Source of the DNA: Lama guanicoe
Lineage: Eukaryota
Assembly (NCBI GenBank): GCA_013239625.1
Contig: MU053661.1
Coordinates: 1-64,000 of the forward strand
DNA length: 64,000 bases
Direction of reading: 5' to 3'
Positions 37,031 to 49,640 of this stretch are shown here, in pieces. The first letter of the stretch is position 1. Each line of letters begins with the position of its first letter. A program made the translations under genes and the position numbers. The notes below the pieces were generated by a model. That model was not told the origin of the DNA. It saw only the letters and a program-made list of their open reading frames with translations, and did no database searches.

Positions 37031-37989
37031 CAAAGACACACTGACTGTATAGCACTGTCTCCTACATGGTCTGTGAAATCAATCTAATTCATTTCAGAAC
37101 TTTTACAAACTTGACACATTTCCATTTTTCTTCCAAGCACTTAATGGTTTCAATATTTCTTAAGAAACAGGAAAGTTTTCCATTCTCCTTCCTGAAGTTT
37201 CTTCTTATTTGTCATCTTTTCTGATCATAAATTTAACATTTGTTCATTAAAGAAAATTTGAAAGTACTCAGTAGTGGACAGAACTGCTGTCCTGGATCTG
37301 TCCCCAGTCTTAGAAGAGGACCCAGAATTTGCTTTAAGATAAATAACCTCCCTTTTGTTTTTAGTCCTGTGATTTAACCTCGATTGACCCACTCTTTCTG
37401 AAGCACCAGAAGTAGATCTCAGTTGGTTTAAGGCAAATAATACCCCTCATTGTATTGGCCTCGCACATTATTGGAGAATTGCCAAATAACCCAGGAAGAG
37501 ACACTATTATGTGAGGAGATACGTGCTTGTGCCCATGTGAATGATAAATTTCTTCTATCAAGTGAGGAGACTGCCAAAAGAGACCACTCTTGGTTTGGAT
37601 GGGTGATCTGTGATGCTGAGTGCCTAGAAGCAGTATGCTGAGACATCTTTGGACACAGAATGAAGACAGGACAAAACCAGCCCTTGACATCACCTGGGCT
37701 ACAGTATGTCTCCTTGACTGAAGCCAGACCTCAGACCTGAGGTTTTCATTTACAGGAACCAACAAATCCCATGCATCCCCATTTTTTGGTTGTTGTTTAA
37801 GCACATTGGAGATTGATTTTGTCACCTACAATCAAAAGACTCCAACTCTGAAAATGAATAAAAAATAAAATAAGAAAAATGCTTCTACCTGTTGACATAA
37901 TCCCTTCAGAACTGTGCATTGTTTGTATATTACAAATCATTTTATATATTAATTTTATTCTCAAGCTTATCATAAGCATAACACTTTGA

Positions 37990-39180
37990 CTTGTCATAAA
38001 ATATTTTCCTGGACACACTTTTTCATGGCTGCATAATATTCTACTATGTGAAGTGTTGGAAGAATATTTTGGCTGAGATTTTATATATATATACATAGAA
38101 AAGTATGTCTGTGACTTGCATACATACTGACTTTTCCCTACCATTTTGAAATAATTCCTGATTAAAAGTTTTTCAAAGCTGAATTAGTGGATTAAAACAT
38201 ATGAATATTCTTAACTCTTGATATCAACTGCCAGACTGCTTTCTAAGTAGGCTTGAGGAGTACACCAGAAATTAACACGGCATTGTAAATCAACCATACT
38301 CCACAAAAAATATCCAGTAACCTAGGCATGAGATTGGTGTTCACTGGCATTTCATCCTCATAAACAGAGCTGTGTCACTTGAGAGGTGGAAAACTATTTC
38401 ATTTTGATGTGCACTGAGTGAATTACCATTGGACTGTGACATCTATTTTTTCCTTTGTGAATGTGTGTTCATTTTCTCTGCCTTCTACACTCCTGAGATT
38501 TTTTGATGTTACCTTTGAAGTGATCTGAACTCTCTATGTATTGAAGGAAATAGCCCGTTGTTGGATTTGTAAACAAATAACATCCTCTGGTGTTTTGTTT
38601 AAAATTAGGATTCTTCTGATGCATGGAAATCTTTGTATACTTTCCTCTGAAACTTACTGCTCATCTAGAGGTTGTATACTCATCCATATTTATTTCTAGT
38701 TTTTTTTTAATTGTGTTACTTTTTAAATGTTTCTGGAATTTATCACAATATATGGTTCACTGTATGATTTCAATCTTTTCTTTTCCCCCCAAGTAGCTAA
38801 CAAGGGTTCCACTCACTGAATAACCTTTATTTATCTCCCTGATTTGTAATGCCTTCCATCTTATATATTAAATTATTATTGAAATCAGAGCCCATATCTG
38901 GACTTCCCGTCCTGTTTTCTAATCTGGCTATTCTTGAACTAGTAAAACTCTCATTATCTTATTAATTATTATATTACTAATATGATTTTTTTCACAATAA
39001 ACCCCAAATGAATTTTATAACTTCTGATATTTTGGAGATACGATCTTTTAATCTAGAATCATGTAATTAAAGCATCTTTTATATCTTTCAGTAGTTTTTA
39101 CTTTTATTTTTTGATAGTTCCTACTATCTTTTTGTTAGGCTATTCTTAGAAATTTTACCTTGGTTATTACTCTTGGAAAT
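37990..39180 (-). mobile_element. Highly decayed L1ME-like fragment(s), with a ~50-bp younger L1 tail at ~38260-38310
   Basis: T-rich antisense L1-like text (catggctgcataatattctac; ttttttcctttgtgaatgtgtgttcattttctctgcc); boundaries approximate. Confidence 0.5.
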
Positions 39181-39448
39181 CTTTAGAAATCTTAATGCCT
39201 CCATCTGGTCTCTTAATCAGACCCTGGAGAATCCTAAACCACTGAACTGATTTGAACAAATGAGGTGAAAAGAACTGGGGGAAGCACTGTGAGCAGAAGA
39301 GACTGTGGAACCTCCAGAGTGGCGCCCTGCGTAGGCTCAGATGTTCTCTGGATAAAGTTTTCTCTATGAGACTACATAGTTCCCAGCTTGATTTTCAGTT
39401 TTTTCAGCATTTCACATTACATTTTAAAAGTCTGTGGCAGGTTCTTAC

Positions 39449-39524
39449 CCAGAAAAAGAGCACTTGTACAAAGGGTTATATGTATATACTTTCCCCAGGT
39501 GGTAAATGGAACACACTCTTCTTC
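39449..39524 (-). pseudogene. ANO6: ANO6 exon 12 pseudo-exon (76 bp, 2-bp deletion)
   Basis: aattAG|gaagaagagtgtgttcca...ctttttctgg|GTaag. EEECVPFTTWGKYIHITLCTSA, then frameshift, versus EEERIPFTAWGKCIRITLCASAVFFW (26 codons = 78 bp). Confidence 0.94.
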
Positions 39525-40084
39525 CTAATTAAAAAACAAGTTTAGTCAATCAAGGGATTACACCAATGAAATGATTTTTCTCCTTACTGGTCACTAAATC
39601 CTAAACATAATTTTAAAATAATAATAATTTTCAGCCATAGCCTCCTTATTTGTAAATGCATGGGTTTTATTTCCTGTTTTTTTTCTTTTCTTTTCTGTTA
39701 ACGATGTCAAACACACAACAAAGTATGTACAGTTTTCATTTTAATACTATTTTTTGAAAATGCGCATGTGAACAGTAAACTGTCTCTCTGCCATGATCTG
39801 AGCATCTGACAAGGACAAGCTTTAAAGCTTGTCCTATTCCTTAGCTTGCCTTTGATTACAGAAGTGACGGTAGTGACAGCCTAGACTCTGTGCAGGACGA
39901 AAAGTATCACAGGGGTCTGCAGCTAACTGGTCTCCACTGTGTGTTTCTTGGTTGAGCTTTATGTGTTAATTAGTTACAACAATGAAGTTTTGTTTCCATT
40001 TTAGAGTTTATATTTAGAATTTTTTTAAGAGATGAAATCAGTAAGACTCAAGATTTACCTGGATTATAAAACCAGATATAGTAT

Positions 40085-40335
40085 AAAAATAGCTGTAACT
40101 AAGTACATGGCCCTTCCTCTGTGCCAGGAAGTCTTCTAAGTAGATTCTGTACATTACTTCGACCCGTCCTTACCACAGTCATGAAGAAGCAAATCTCTTA
40201 TTCTTATTTTATAGGAAACTATGGCACAGAGAAGTTAAGTTGTCCAAGATCACTCAGGAAGCAAGCTGCTGTGTTCAAATATGAATTTAGGCAACTTCAT
40301 TCCCAAGCTCTCACTACCACAACGCTGGCCTCTCT
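40085..40335 (-). mobile_element. MIR SINE
   Basis: attttataggaaactatggcacagagaagttaagttgtccaagatcactcag antisense core. Confidence 0.7.
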
Positions 40336-41624
40336 AAACAATGGAACATGCTTTCAAAAGTAAAGTAAAATGCTTCATTTAAAAAACTAAAAAAAAAAAT
40401 TAGGCAATTTTTTAAATAAGGAAGAACGATTAAATGAAATGAGTCTTCATCTTCAATTTTTCAACAAGCATGTTCCAATGAAAATTTATACTTATTAGCT
40501 GGCAATTTTAAATTTAAACTTGGCAGTTTAAATGACCAAAAAACTTTACGTCAGTATTTTTTGTATGCTGCCAATATGATAAGTTTTTGTTTTTCAGGAC
40601 TCAAAAGCATTATGAACATCTAATTTTGTCTAAGTTTTATCTTTCATCTCTGAATATACAGTCTTTCACCAACATATGCTTTTACCCCCAACTTCAGTTG
40701 TAAACAATGGGAACTATTCATAATGGGGACTATTAGAAGCTTATTACATTGTAAAAGACAAATGTCACTTTCTATTGGTAGCTGAACCTCATTTTTTTCC
40801 ATTTATAAAAAGAGGAGTTTGACCTGCTCCCTCCATAACTTTTCAGTGCCAACATTCTGTAGATTTGTGATTCAATTTATTAAATTTATTTGGAGACATT
40901 TTCAGATTCTCCTAATAAAATCATTTTCTTTCCAACAGTTATTCATGCTCACAAACTAATGTCCTCCTGCTGCTAACTGCAAGCACCATCAGCTCTAAAT
41001 TATCTCAGCTGATGGAAAGAAGTAATATTACAGATGACTCAAAAAATTATCTTTTCATAGCTCTGGAATGTTGATACAAAGATATGCAGTTTTATTTGTT
41101 TAATTTTGCAGCAGGAGTGGCAGCAATAAATTTACATTTCCAATTATGTAAAATGCCTAGAACAAACACTGCTCAAACACTGATGGCACCTCAACAAATG
41201 TTTCTCTGCTTCTTCTACCCTTTCTCTGACTTTAGGATGAGAGCCATGCTGCTTTGTGCACATCCCAACCGGAAGGGGGAGCAGTGACCGGGACTTAGTT
41301 CAAGACAAAGGGCACCTAGTCTACGATGAAAAGGAGGCCGCAATAATGAAGGCACGTGTGAAAAAATGGGAGTCTACTATAAAAATGAATGTGTCTTTTC
41401 TTCTACATCTATGTCATAGCAGCTAATTTATATTTTGCATTTATTTTTTGGTGTTATGAAAGTATACAAATCAATGCCTCTTATACACTTATACCAATCT
41501 TTTTCTTTCCCCCTTTTTACTGTTATTATGAAGGAAGGGTCACACTTCTCTTCTGTGTCCACCATTCCAGGCAGTGCTCCTTCACCTTGGCTACACATTA
41601 GAATAACCAGAGTAGCTTTATAAA

Positions 41625-41750
41625 CTTCCCTATGCCAGAATGCACCCCAGGCCACTAAATACCATCAGAGTTTGTAGTGATGGAATCCAGGCACCAATAT
41701 TTTTTAAGGTCCCCTGGTGATTCCAACATGCAGCCAAGGCTGACAAGTCC
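41625..41750. mobile_element. MER5A-like hAT DNA transposon relic
   Basis: ccaggcaccaatattttttaaggtcccctggtgattccaacatgcagccaaggctga. Confidence 0.65.
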
Positions 41751-41794
41751 AGAAGTAAACAGACTAAAGTGCATCTAAACAGCGCCCGCTTTTC

Positions 41795-41931
41795 CTGGGT
41801 AATCTCATCTATCTCCACATGGGGACACCGCGCCTCCTATTCTGGCTGGACTTGTTCTTCCTGCTCAGCCGTGTCCCAATTGTACTCAAGTTCTGCCTGG
41901 TGCCACTTCCAGATCTCCAGAAGTAAGGTGA
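41795..41931 (-). pseudogene. ANO6: ANO6 exon 11 pseudo-exon (137 bp; 6-bp deletion, stop, donor GT>GA)
   Basis: ctgttAG|tcaccttactt...attacccag|gaaaag. TLLLEIWKWHQAELEYNWDTAEQEEQVQPE*EARCPHVEIDEITQ versus [47 protein letters not shown]. Confidence 0.95.
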
Positions 41932-42258
41932 CTAACAGAGAGAGAGAACAGCCGAATGTGGATCTTCAGTGATGACTGATGTGTCAGAAATCTGTACTTA
42001 ATATTTGTTTCACTTAACACTTTGGTAAATGGTTAATAAACTCACATTTTATTTATAGGCGATACTAAAGGGAAAAATGAGTTAATGCCATTTTTTTTAA
42101 GAAAAAAGAAAATGTAGATAATTTATTGAACTTTTGGAAACAGACTAGCGCTCTAGCTCAGGGGAAAGGTATTAACGTGATGCTCAGAGGCAGGTGACTG
42201 TGTCTGATGCTAAAGTGCCAGCAACCAGCACGTTATGCCCACTAAAAACGCAAATATT

Positions 42259-42362
42259 GGGTGGAAGTGTGGGTATAGCTCAGTGGTAGGGCACGTGCTA
42301 AGCATGTACAAGGTCCTGGGTTCAAGCCCCAGTACCTCCATTAAAAAAGAAAGTAAAAAAAA
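42259..42362 (+). mobile_element. Camelid-type tRNA-derived SINE
   Basis: gggtatagctcagtggtag (A box)...gtcctgggttcaagcccc (B box) agtacctcca plus A-rich tail. Confidence 0.9.
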
Positions 42363-42789
42363 GCACAAGTAACTGTCAGAATTTAAAAGCTCTGCACGGC
42401 CCACCCTCCAAGCCTTCTCCTCACATCACTCTGTCTCTTCTGTCCGAAGGGCCTGAGGGTGGGGAAGGGGATAAGAATGCTTTAGTAACCCCTGCATTTC
42501 TATTTTCCACCACCCCAGTCACACAAAATTAAAATAATATTCTTAAATATGGAAAACTGCCATTTTCCTCAATCTTCGGTAAACTAATTTTTAGAAATTG
42601 TCATTCTGTTTTAAGACTCGTAACTTCAAATTATAGACAAAAACAACATGAAATGTTAATTGAAAATGTGGCTTCAGGGTAAATCCCCTAAACCCTTCTT
42701 CCAACCAGATTGTTACCCTAGGCCCCAACTCAAGAGAAATTGCAGAATAAATACTGTTCCCTCCACCGTTATACCTGAGTCCCTACTAT

Positions 42790-43620
42790 GCTCTGAGAAT
42801 AAAGAGAAAAAAGGCACAGTCCCTACTTCCGGGAGCTCCTAGGTGCACAGGAGTCATCGTGAAATGATGGCTGAGGAGGCGTGTTAAGAGGGCTTGGATA
42901 ACAGTCAGCAGAGGGTGCTCGGGGCAGAGAGCCAGAACTGTAGCCAAGGCTCTCCCAGAGGAGGGAACCACTGTGATGAGTTCTGAGATGCCCTAGAAGT
43001 GATCAGGTGAAGGTATAATATTAAGGCCATTTCTCCCTGGGGAGCTGCACATGCAAAGGAGGGAGGCCAAAGAGAGAAAAGTCCCTTCCAGGAACTGCAA
43101 ATAGTCTAGAAGGGAGCACAGGGTGTGGGAGGCAGGTGGGGCAACCAGGTGGAGAGATCACAGGTGCACATCACAAAGGACTCTGCATGCCTCCAACGTA
43201 GAGGTGACATGCAAAGTGATCTAGAAAGAGACAAGATAGAGGCAGGGAGACCTATTGGCAGGTTCATGTGAAGGTCTGCTGAGATCCCGCCAGGAGGAGA
43301 GAGAAGAAAACATTTCAGCAGGTGGACGGATTGGCCACAGGTGTGATGGAAGAGCAGGAAGAGGTGAAAGATGCCAGCCAGCTTTCTGGCTTTGGCAGTG
43401 TCCTAAATTATAGTGCCATTCCCTGAAATAAGAAGGGCAGGAAGAGGAGCAAGTCATGAGAGGAGACAACTGATTCAGTTCTGGCTGTGTGCCTGTGGGC
43501 TTGAGGAGAGATGTCCAGTAGACAAATGAAAGTCTAGAAATCGGGTGAAAGTTCTAGGCTGAGACAAGTAGTTTTCCTGTTTCAAGAGGCTAATGGGTGT
43601 GAGTGGACAAGCTCACGAGA
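42790..43620 (-). mobile_element. Degenerate L2 LINE fragment
   Basis: atagtgccattccctgaaataagaagggcaggaagaggagcaag...ttcagttctggctgtg...agatgtccagtagaca resembles antisense L2. Confidence 0.6.
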
Positions 43621-43767
43621 AGAGGTGTAGGGGGGTAGCTCTCACCCTTCTGCACATGGGAAGCATCTGGGAGCCTTTAAAACATAGTGCGCCCCAGCCT
43701 GGAGTGGGGCCTTTGTACTGTTATTATTTTTTAAATACTTCTTTCCATTTTGTGGGGAATAGTCAGC

Positions 43768-43859
43768 TTTATTTATTTTAATGGAGGTCCTGGGAAATGA
43801 ACCCAGGACTTCTTGCATGCTAAGCACGTGCTCTACCACTGAGCCGTACCCACCCCACC
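43768..43859 (-). mobile_element. Camelid-type tRNA-derived SINE
   Basis: atggaggtcctgggaaatgaacccaggacttcttgcatgctaagcacgtgctctaccactgagccgtaccc, the reverse complement of the 42259 family. Confidence 0.9.
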
Positions 43860-44129
43860 TTTTTTTGTTTTTAGACATTAGCTTTATGAGCAGTCAGTGT
43901 TGAGAATCAACCTGCAGAGAGCAGAGAGCCTTGGGGTAGAGATCCAAGATAAGCTGCCCAGAGCCCTGCAGACCCCACAAGGGGCAGCCGGAGACGCAGG
44001 TGGCCTCGGACGGGCTGTGAGGATCGTGAACTCAACACTCCCCAATGGCGAAAACGAAAAGCATGTTTCAAGCTCCCACTTCCCAGCAGTGTTTGTTCTG
44101 ACGTTACTAGTTTTCCAGTGATACTGAGT

Positions 44130-44460
44130 GAGAATACAAATTCTCTGGACACAGGGATCAAATTCAAATGCTGGTTCTGACCATTCCTAGCTGCCTGATT
44201 ACTGATTAAAAGGTTACCCGTCTGCCCCATGTAAACTGGGGGACCTAGCACCGTGCTCGTGTGCTGCTGTGAGCGTAATGAAATGACATCTAAAAAGGCC
44301 CTCCTGACTCTCATAGGTAATTGGTTCTATTGTCCCCACATGGGACACCAAGAAACAGAGGCACAGAAAGCTTCAAACATTTGCCCAAGATGAGGGTTGG
44401 GGTCAGGATTCAAGCCAATGACTTCGTGGATCCAGAGCCCAGGATTTTCTTACGAACAAC
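44130..44460. mobile_element. Two adjacent MIR fragments in opposite orientation
   Basis: gggatcaaattcaaatgctggttctgaccattcctagctg (sense); gaaacagaggcacagaaagcttcaaacatttgcccaagat...aggattcaagcc (antisense). Confidence 0.55.
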
Positions 44461-45830
44461 ACGGCACTGCCCAGGCTCCCTGCTCCAAAACCCGCCTCAC
44501 TTTGGCTCAGCTCCATGGCGCCTGCGCTGCACAGATGTAGTCACTGCCTGCCCGCCCGCCTGGTGTCTGACCCCGGCACTCCTCCCTCCGTCCCACACAG
44601 CGCTTCCTTGGGCACACCAACCCTCACGAGGCCATTGCTGTGGCTACTCGGATGTTTGCACGGAAACGCAGGTGGCAGCCCAGCTTTTTGCTATAGCTGC
44701 TGCTGTCATTGGAGGCAAAGAGCTCACAGTTGGTGGAGGAGGCCACTTCTGGTCTCCTCCTTGGCTGGAGAGCTGGATGGAATCCAGTTTCCCTCTGCAA
44801 CTTAGACATACAATATGAGAGATATGTAAGGCCATCTGGCCTCTCAACATATAAATGATGTCCCCACATTCGTAGTTATCATTGTAACCTCCCGGCTCCA
44901 CCAGGGCACAGAGGCCATGGCCTGTTGTCCACCAAGTTTTGTTTCCTTGCACGACAGCTACAATGGGGTGAGTTAACACAGGACCAGAAAATCTACAAAG
45001 CCCTCGTGTACTATTTCCTGTTACTTGCAGGTCACCCAAATACCCCAGATCCTCCAAGTAAACAACTAGTAAGAGGAACTGAGATGGTTCGTCTGTCAGA
45101 CCCCTGATGTCAGGACTGATTTGACCTCTCCTGCTCTCGCGATGATCCGTTCTCCTTCTGTGTGACCTTCCCCGAGTGAAACAGACTGTTCTTTGTTTAT
45201 GGGTTATGGAATATTTGTTGCTGTCTGACCAGAACCTTCAAAAGTAAAACTCTTGGTGAGAATCGAAGCATGGCACCCACGTTTCATGAGCTCAGCTACC
45301 CAACAACCTCATTTAGCCAAGACTGTGGCCAAAACCAGGGGCCCATGCTGTTGAGTGTTGGGTCTGGAGAGCAATGCCTCCACCAATGAGAAGCTGCCCC
45401 ACCACTTGTGCCCTTGTCCCCATCGAGGGGGAGGTGACGCATCCATGGGATGAAAGCCGCGAGGGCACTAGGTGACTGTGGACCAAGCTGTGACTGCCCG
45501 GTCCTGTCCCCCATGTGACCCATGTTAGCCTCACATGCAGAAAAGCCATAGAGAGACCACTTCTTGAGTGAATGGGTCACTTATAAGCCAACTGTCCTCG
45601 GGCCGCCTAAGAAGCAACACAGTGTACACAGTGAGCCACCCACTCACTGATGTCCCCAAGGCTCACAGCTCCCTAATGTGACACCAGGTAATCCCAGCAA
45701 ACAGAAGACCCATACTTTATAATTGACTTGAGAATTCTACTGCCAACAATGCCTTCCACCTTCCACTTATGAAGTTTTTCCCACTCTGTCCCCTGCTCTG
45801 CAATTGTGCAATCAGTCCAGAGCTCCTTCA

Positions 45831-46440
45831 TGAGACAGGAGGGAAGGGGGCCGGGCACAGCCATTAAAAGAATGGCACAGCCATTATCACCAAGACGGTG
45901 GAAAAGTCAACTCCCAGTAGATATTGAGCTTCAATACACACTCTCCGAAATACAGCAGGATGCTAACTGGCACTCCCACAGGTGCCAGGACAGGTTCAAG
46001 GCTGACCATGAAAGGTCAAAGGGTGAGTGGTGGCCCAATTTCTGGTAATCGCAACACCTTCCCCAAAGCGGTTGGAATATTCCTCCCACTTATTAGCATA
46101 TGAAGATACTGAGTGCATAAAAACTAACAACCACACCTCGTGGCTGCTCTCTCTGCTGAGGGAGACAGCCCACACTATGTCTGTGGAGTGTGTATCTACT
46201 TTTACTTTAAACTGGAGCACCCAAACCCCACACCTCATGGCCTTTCTCTTGCCTTCTTAAACAGCCCACTCTGTATGTGGAGTATATATCTCTCTGAATT
46301 AATCTATATTTACTGAACTGTGGCTCTCTCTTGAATTCGTTCCTGTGCAAATCAAGGACTCACACTTCACGAGGTGCATCTCAGGGGCCCAAATAAGACC
46401 TGGGATAGGGCTATACTCTCTCCCACATTATCCTGTATCA
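45831..46440 (+). mobile_element. Solo ERV1 LTR (MER41-like, cetartiodactyl type), 610 bp
   Basis: ttca|TGAGACAGGAGGGAAGGGG...CCTGTATCA|taca: TG..CA termini and a 3/4-matching 4-bp TSD. ctctcttgaattcgttcctgtgcaaatcaaggac resembles the MER41-group U5. Family name tentative. Confidence 0.75.
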
Positions 46441-47090
46441 TACATTCCTTCCCAAAGGATCTCACCTTGTGCACTCCAAAGTAGACAGCATTCATGTGTC
46501 CTGAGCTGGATCTGCTTCTGCATTTATCATTTCTTATGTCCACTAGAACATCACCTTCATGAGGACAGGGAATTGGTTCTGTTCACAAAAGAAGCACCAG
46601 CATATCACAGGTGCTGGAGAAGTATTAGCTGAATGAATGAGCTGTGGGAAGTCCTGGACCCACACCTCATGGCCTTTCTCTTGCCTTCTTAAACAGCCCA
46701 CTCTGTATGTGGAGTATATATCTCTCTGAATTAATCTATATTTACTGAACTGTGGCTCTCTCTTGAATTCGTTCCTGTGCAAATCAAGGACTCACACTTC
46801 ACGAGGTGCATCTCAGGGGCCCAAATAAGACCTGGGATAGGGCTATACTCTCTCCCACATTATCCTGTATCATACATTCCTTCCCAAAGGATCTCACCTT
46901 GTGCACTCCAAAGTAGACAGCATTCATGTGTCCTGAGCTGGATCCGCTTCTGCATTTATCATTTCTTATGTCCACTAGAACATCACCTTCATGAGGACAG
47001 GGAATTGGTTCTGTTCACAAAAGAAGCACCAGCATATCACAGGTGCTGGAGAAGTATTAGCTGAATGAATGAGCTGTGGGAAGTCCTGGA
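46227..47090 (+). repeat. Direct tandem duplication, 2 x 432 bp (46227-46658, 46659-47090)
   Basis: Both units start cccacacctcatgg and end gggaagtcctgga. One difference seen (gatctgcttc vs gatccgcttc); ORFs 46345..46632 and 46777..47064 differ at one residue. Confidence 0.97.
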
Positions 47091-48959
47091 AATTCCACGT
47101 GGAACTCCTAGCCACTTGGGACCCTGCTGACTCCAGGTGCTCCCTGCTACTCGTGGCTGACCTCTTGCCACCACTCTCTGCTCTGCAATCACCTGAGCCT
47201 GGATGAGCTAATATAAGCACACACCCCAGAGAGCATGGCAAATGATGCATGTCGTTGCAACACACTCACCCTCTGACTGCCAGGGGTTATTTAGGATGGA
47301 CACACTGAAGGCAGCACCATATGCACCGCCCTACCCCACAACTCACTTGAAGCACCAGGACTGCACACAGGGGAAACGCTGGCCCTTTCCAACCTAAGGA
47401 GAGGGACTATGGGTGAGAAGAGGGTCTCTGTCAACTAACAGTCTCTTTAAAAGCCCAGTCTTAGAAAAGCTCTTTAAAGACACTTTTGGTATCTTCCTTG
47501 TGTTTCTGTAATCCCTCTAGATATTGTCATTTTAATCTATGCATCAGAAATACAGATGCTCTTGAAATCTCTATTGATTATCAATGAAGAAAATCCTCAA
47601 TTTCCTTCTATGCTAAGAAAATTACTGCACTTTATATTAAAAAAAGCAGCTTTCTTTCTTGAGTTTCTATCTTCAAACACCTAATTTCACAAGAATCAGT
47701 GAAGCAGGACATGAAAATCACGCTGTGCTTTATCACCTACAGGTGGGCAGGGATGAAAAGAATGAGCACTGATCTCATGAAACGGGAAGGCTGGGGCTGT
47801 CTTATTCCTGCTACAGATGGAAGGGTCCATATCTGTGAGGGTGAGGAAGGGCCAAGGATGAGAAACCAACATTTTTGTACCCATTTCTCTTTTTCAGAGT
47901 CCCAGACAAAAGAGTGTGATTTTATCAACATTATCAACAAAGAACATCAGCACCCTTCTAAAAGCAAGCCACAACTTTACTACTACACACGACACTCTGT
48001 CACTGATATAAATGCTGATGACAGCCAAGAAATTTGCAGGGATCTTATTCTGTTCTCATCCCTTTTTGTCTTTGGGACCTCAGGAAATTTGCCTCCTCCC
48101 CCTGAGTGTCATTTTCCTCATCCTTCAAATGGGAGTGTAACAGTCATTCATGTGCTCACTGTGTATTCCACAACAGGAGACAGCTTATGAAAACAACAAC
48201 AAAAAGCAAAACAGCAATTCTGATCTGTACTGTCTTCCTCCTCCTCCCTGAACATGAACTTGAGGGTAAAATGGCATCTTTCACTAAATCCTGAACTTAA
48301 GGAGCAGTTCTGAAAAGGAAGTCACAGGACTGCCGTGTAACCGAGAAATGATCTGGTGAAAAAGAATGAGTTTCCAGCAAATCCTCAAAACCAGTAAGGG
48401 TACAAACCCTGGGAGCTACAGGCATGGGTGGGAGTTCCTTAGTTCTCAATTTCACAAAGCCGAGAACTGTTCAGATCCATGAAAAACACAGATAGCCCTG
48501 TACAACCACAGCATGTTCTGGAGTACACCAAGGCCACATAGCTGCTGACCTGTACTTCTTTGTGTCCCAGAGCAAGAGCCCTGGGCGGGGGTAACTGTGT
48601 TTGAGGCTGGAGAAGAACTTCCTGTTCTGTCTCTTGCTCTCCTTGCTCTCTCTTCCTGCAATAAAACAAGTGGTAGGACTCTGGTGGGGAGCACTGCACC
48701 CACATTCTCTGACAAACAACAAACCAGGCAGCTCTAGCTGATCTGAGAGAGGACACTTCAATGAACATATATACACCAAAGTCAGGCAGAAGGTGCCTGT
48801 GACCCTGGGAATCCAAACCAGCTTGTCCTGTTAATCAGGATACTAGAAATCTAAAGAAAGTGTGCACCAGATGAAGACGATGCCTTAGACAGCATTGATG
48901 GTTATGTCCAGCAGTGTCTAAGGACAAGTCATGCTCTGGTAGATGGGAGCATTTTGGTT

Positions 48960-49640
48960 GCTTTCAGAGTTTGCTACTGAAGGGCTGGGACATGTCATTG
49001 AGCCTTGAAACTCCAGAACTCTATACTCACATAGGCAGACAAATTAGGTGAGCCAGCTCAGCCTTCATTCCAACTTCCTAACCAAAAAGCTGTGAGGTTG
49101 AAAATATATTTCTCAGACTATTCTGCAGCAAGGATTCCAGATGTGGCTTTAAAAATGCACATCAGAGATTGAGATTTACAAATATTAACTACTATATATA
49201 AAAATAGCTAAAAAACTATATTTCTTCTATATAGCACAGGGAACTATATTTAATATCTTGTAATAACCTTTAATGAAAAAGAATATGAAAAGGAATACAT
49301 ACATATATATGTGTATATGAATGACTGGAACATTGGGCTGTGCATCAGAAATTGGCACATTGTTACTGACTATACATCAATTAAAAAAATATACATATAA
49401 ATATAATGCCAATCAGAAGCTTCTGATGTCACTGAAAGCAGAAAGCTAGATGAATGGAAGCAGAGGTGGTTGGAGGAGCTATGTTATTTTGCTGGGGTGG
49501 ATGCAGCCGGCATGTCAGAGATCTAGAAGGAATGCTCACAACAGTCACTCACTGATCTGCAAGTGAGTTAGGGTAACAGCTTCCTGAAATCCTCCCCACC
49601 CGTCCTGATGAGTCAGGTGTCTGGCGTTTCTCTGGAAATC
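48960..49640 (+). mobile_element. Probable ERVL (LTR33-like) LTR relic interrupted by an L1 tail
   Basis: tatatttctcagactattctgcagcaaggattccagatgtg...ccaatcagaagc...ttattttgctgg resembles LTR33-group text; boundaries approximate. Confidence 0.4.
49165..49390 (+). mobile_element. Cetartiodactyl L1 3' end fragment
   Basis: actactatatataaaatag...tatagcacagggaactatatttaatatcttgtaataacctttaatgaaaaagaatatg...tatacatcaattaaaaaaa. Confidence 0.88.

Noticed and set aside
42259..42362. tRNA gene (also 43768-43859 and 61811-61945)
   Set aside because: A and B boxes are present, but these are diverged dispersed copies with A-rich tails and TSD-like flanks, i.e. SINEs.
44321..44818. 165-aa ORF (and the 163-aa ORF at 47699..48190) as coding
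   Set aside because: No recognisable domains, the first starts within MIR-like sequence, and both lie antisense within pseudogene intron.
44710..45305. Additional old LTR (also ~48400-48830 and ~62440-62760)
   Set aside because: LTR-like in texture, but I could not establish both termini, TSDs or a family; needs RepeatMasker.
46035..46050. STAT1 GAS site in the MER41-like LTR (ttctggtaa)
   Set aside because: It does not match TTCnnnGAA and the family assignment is tentative.
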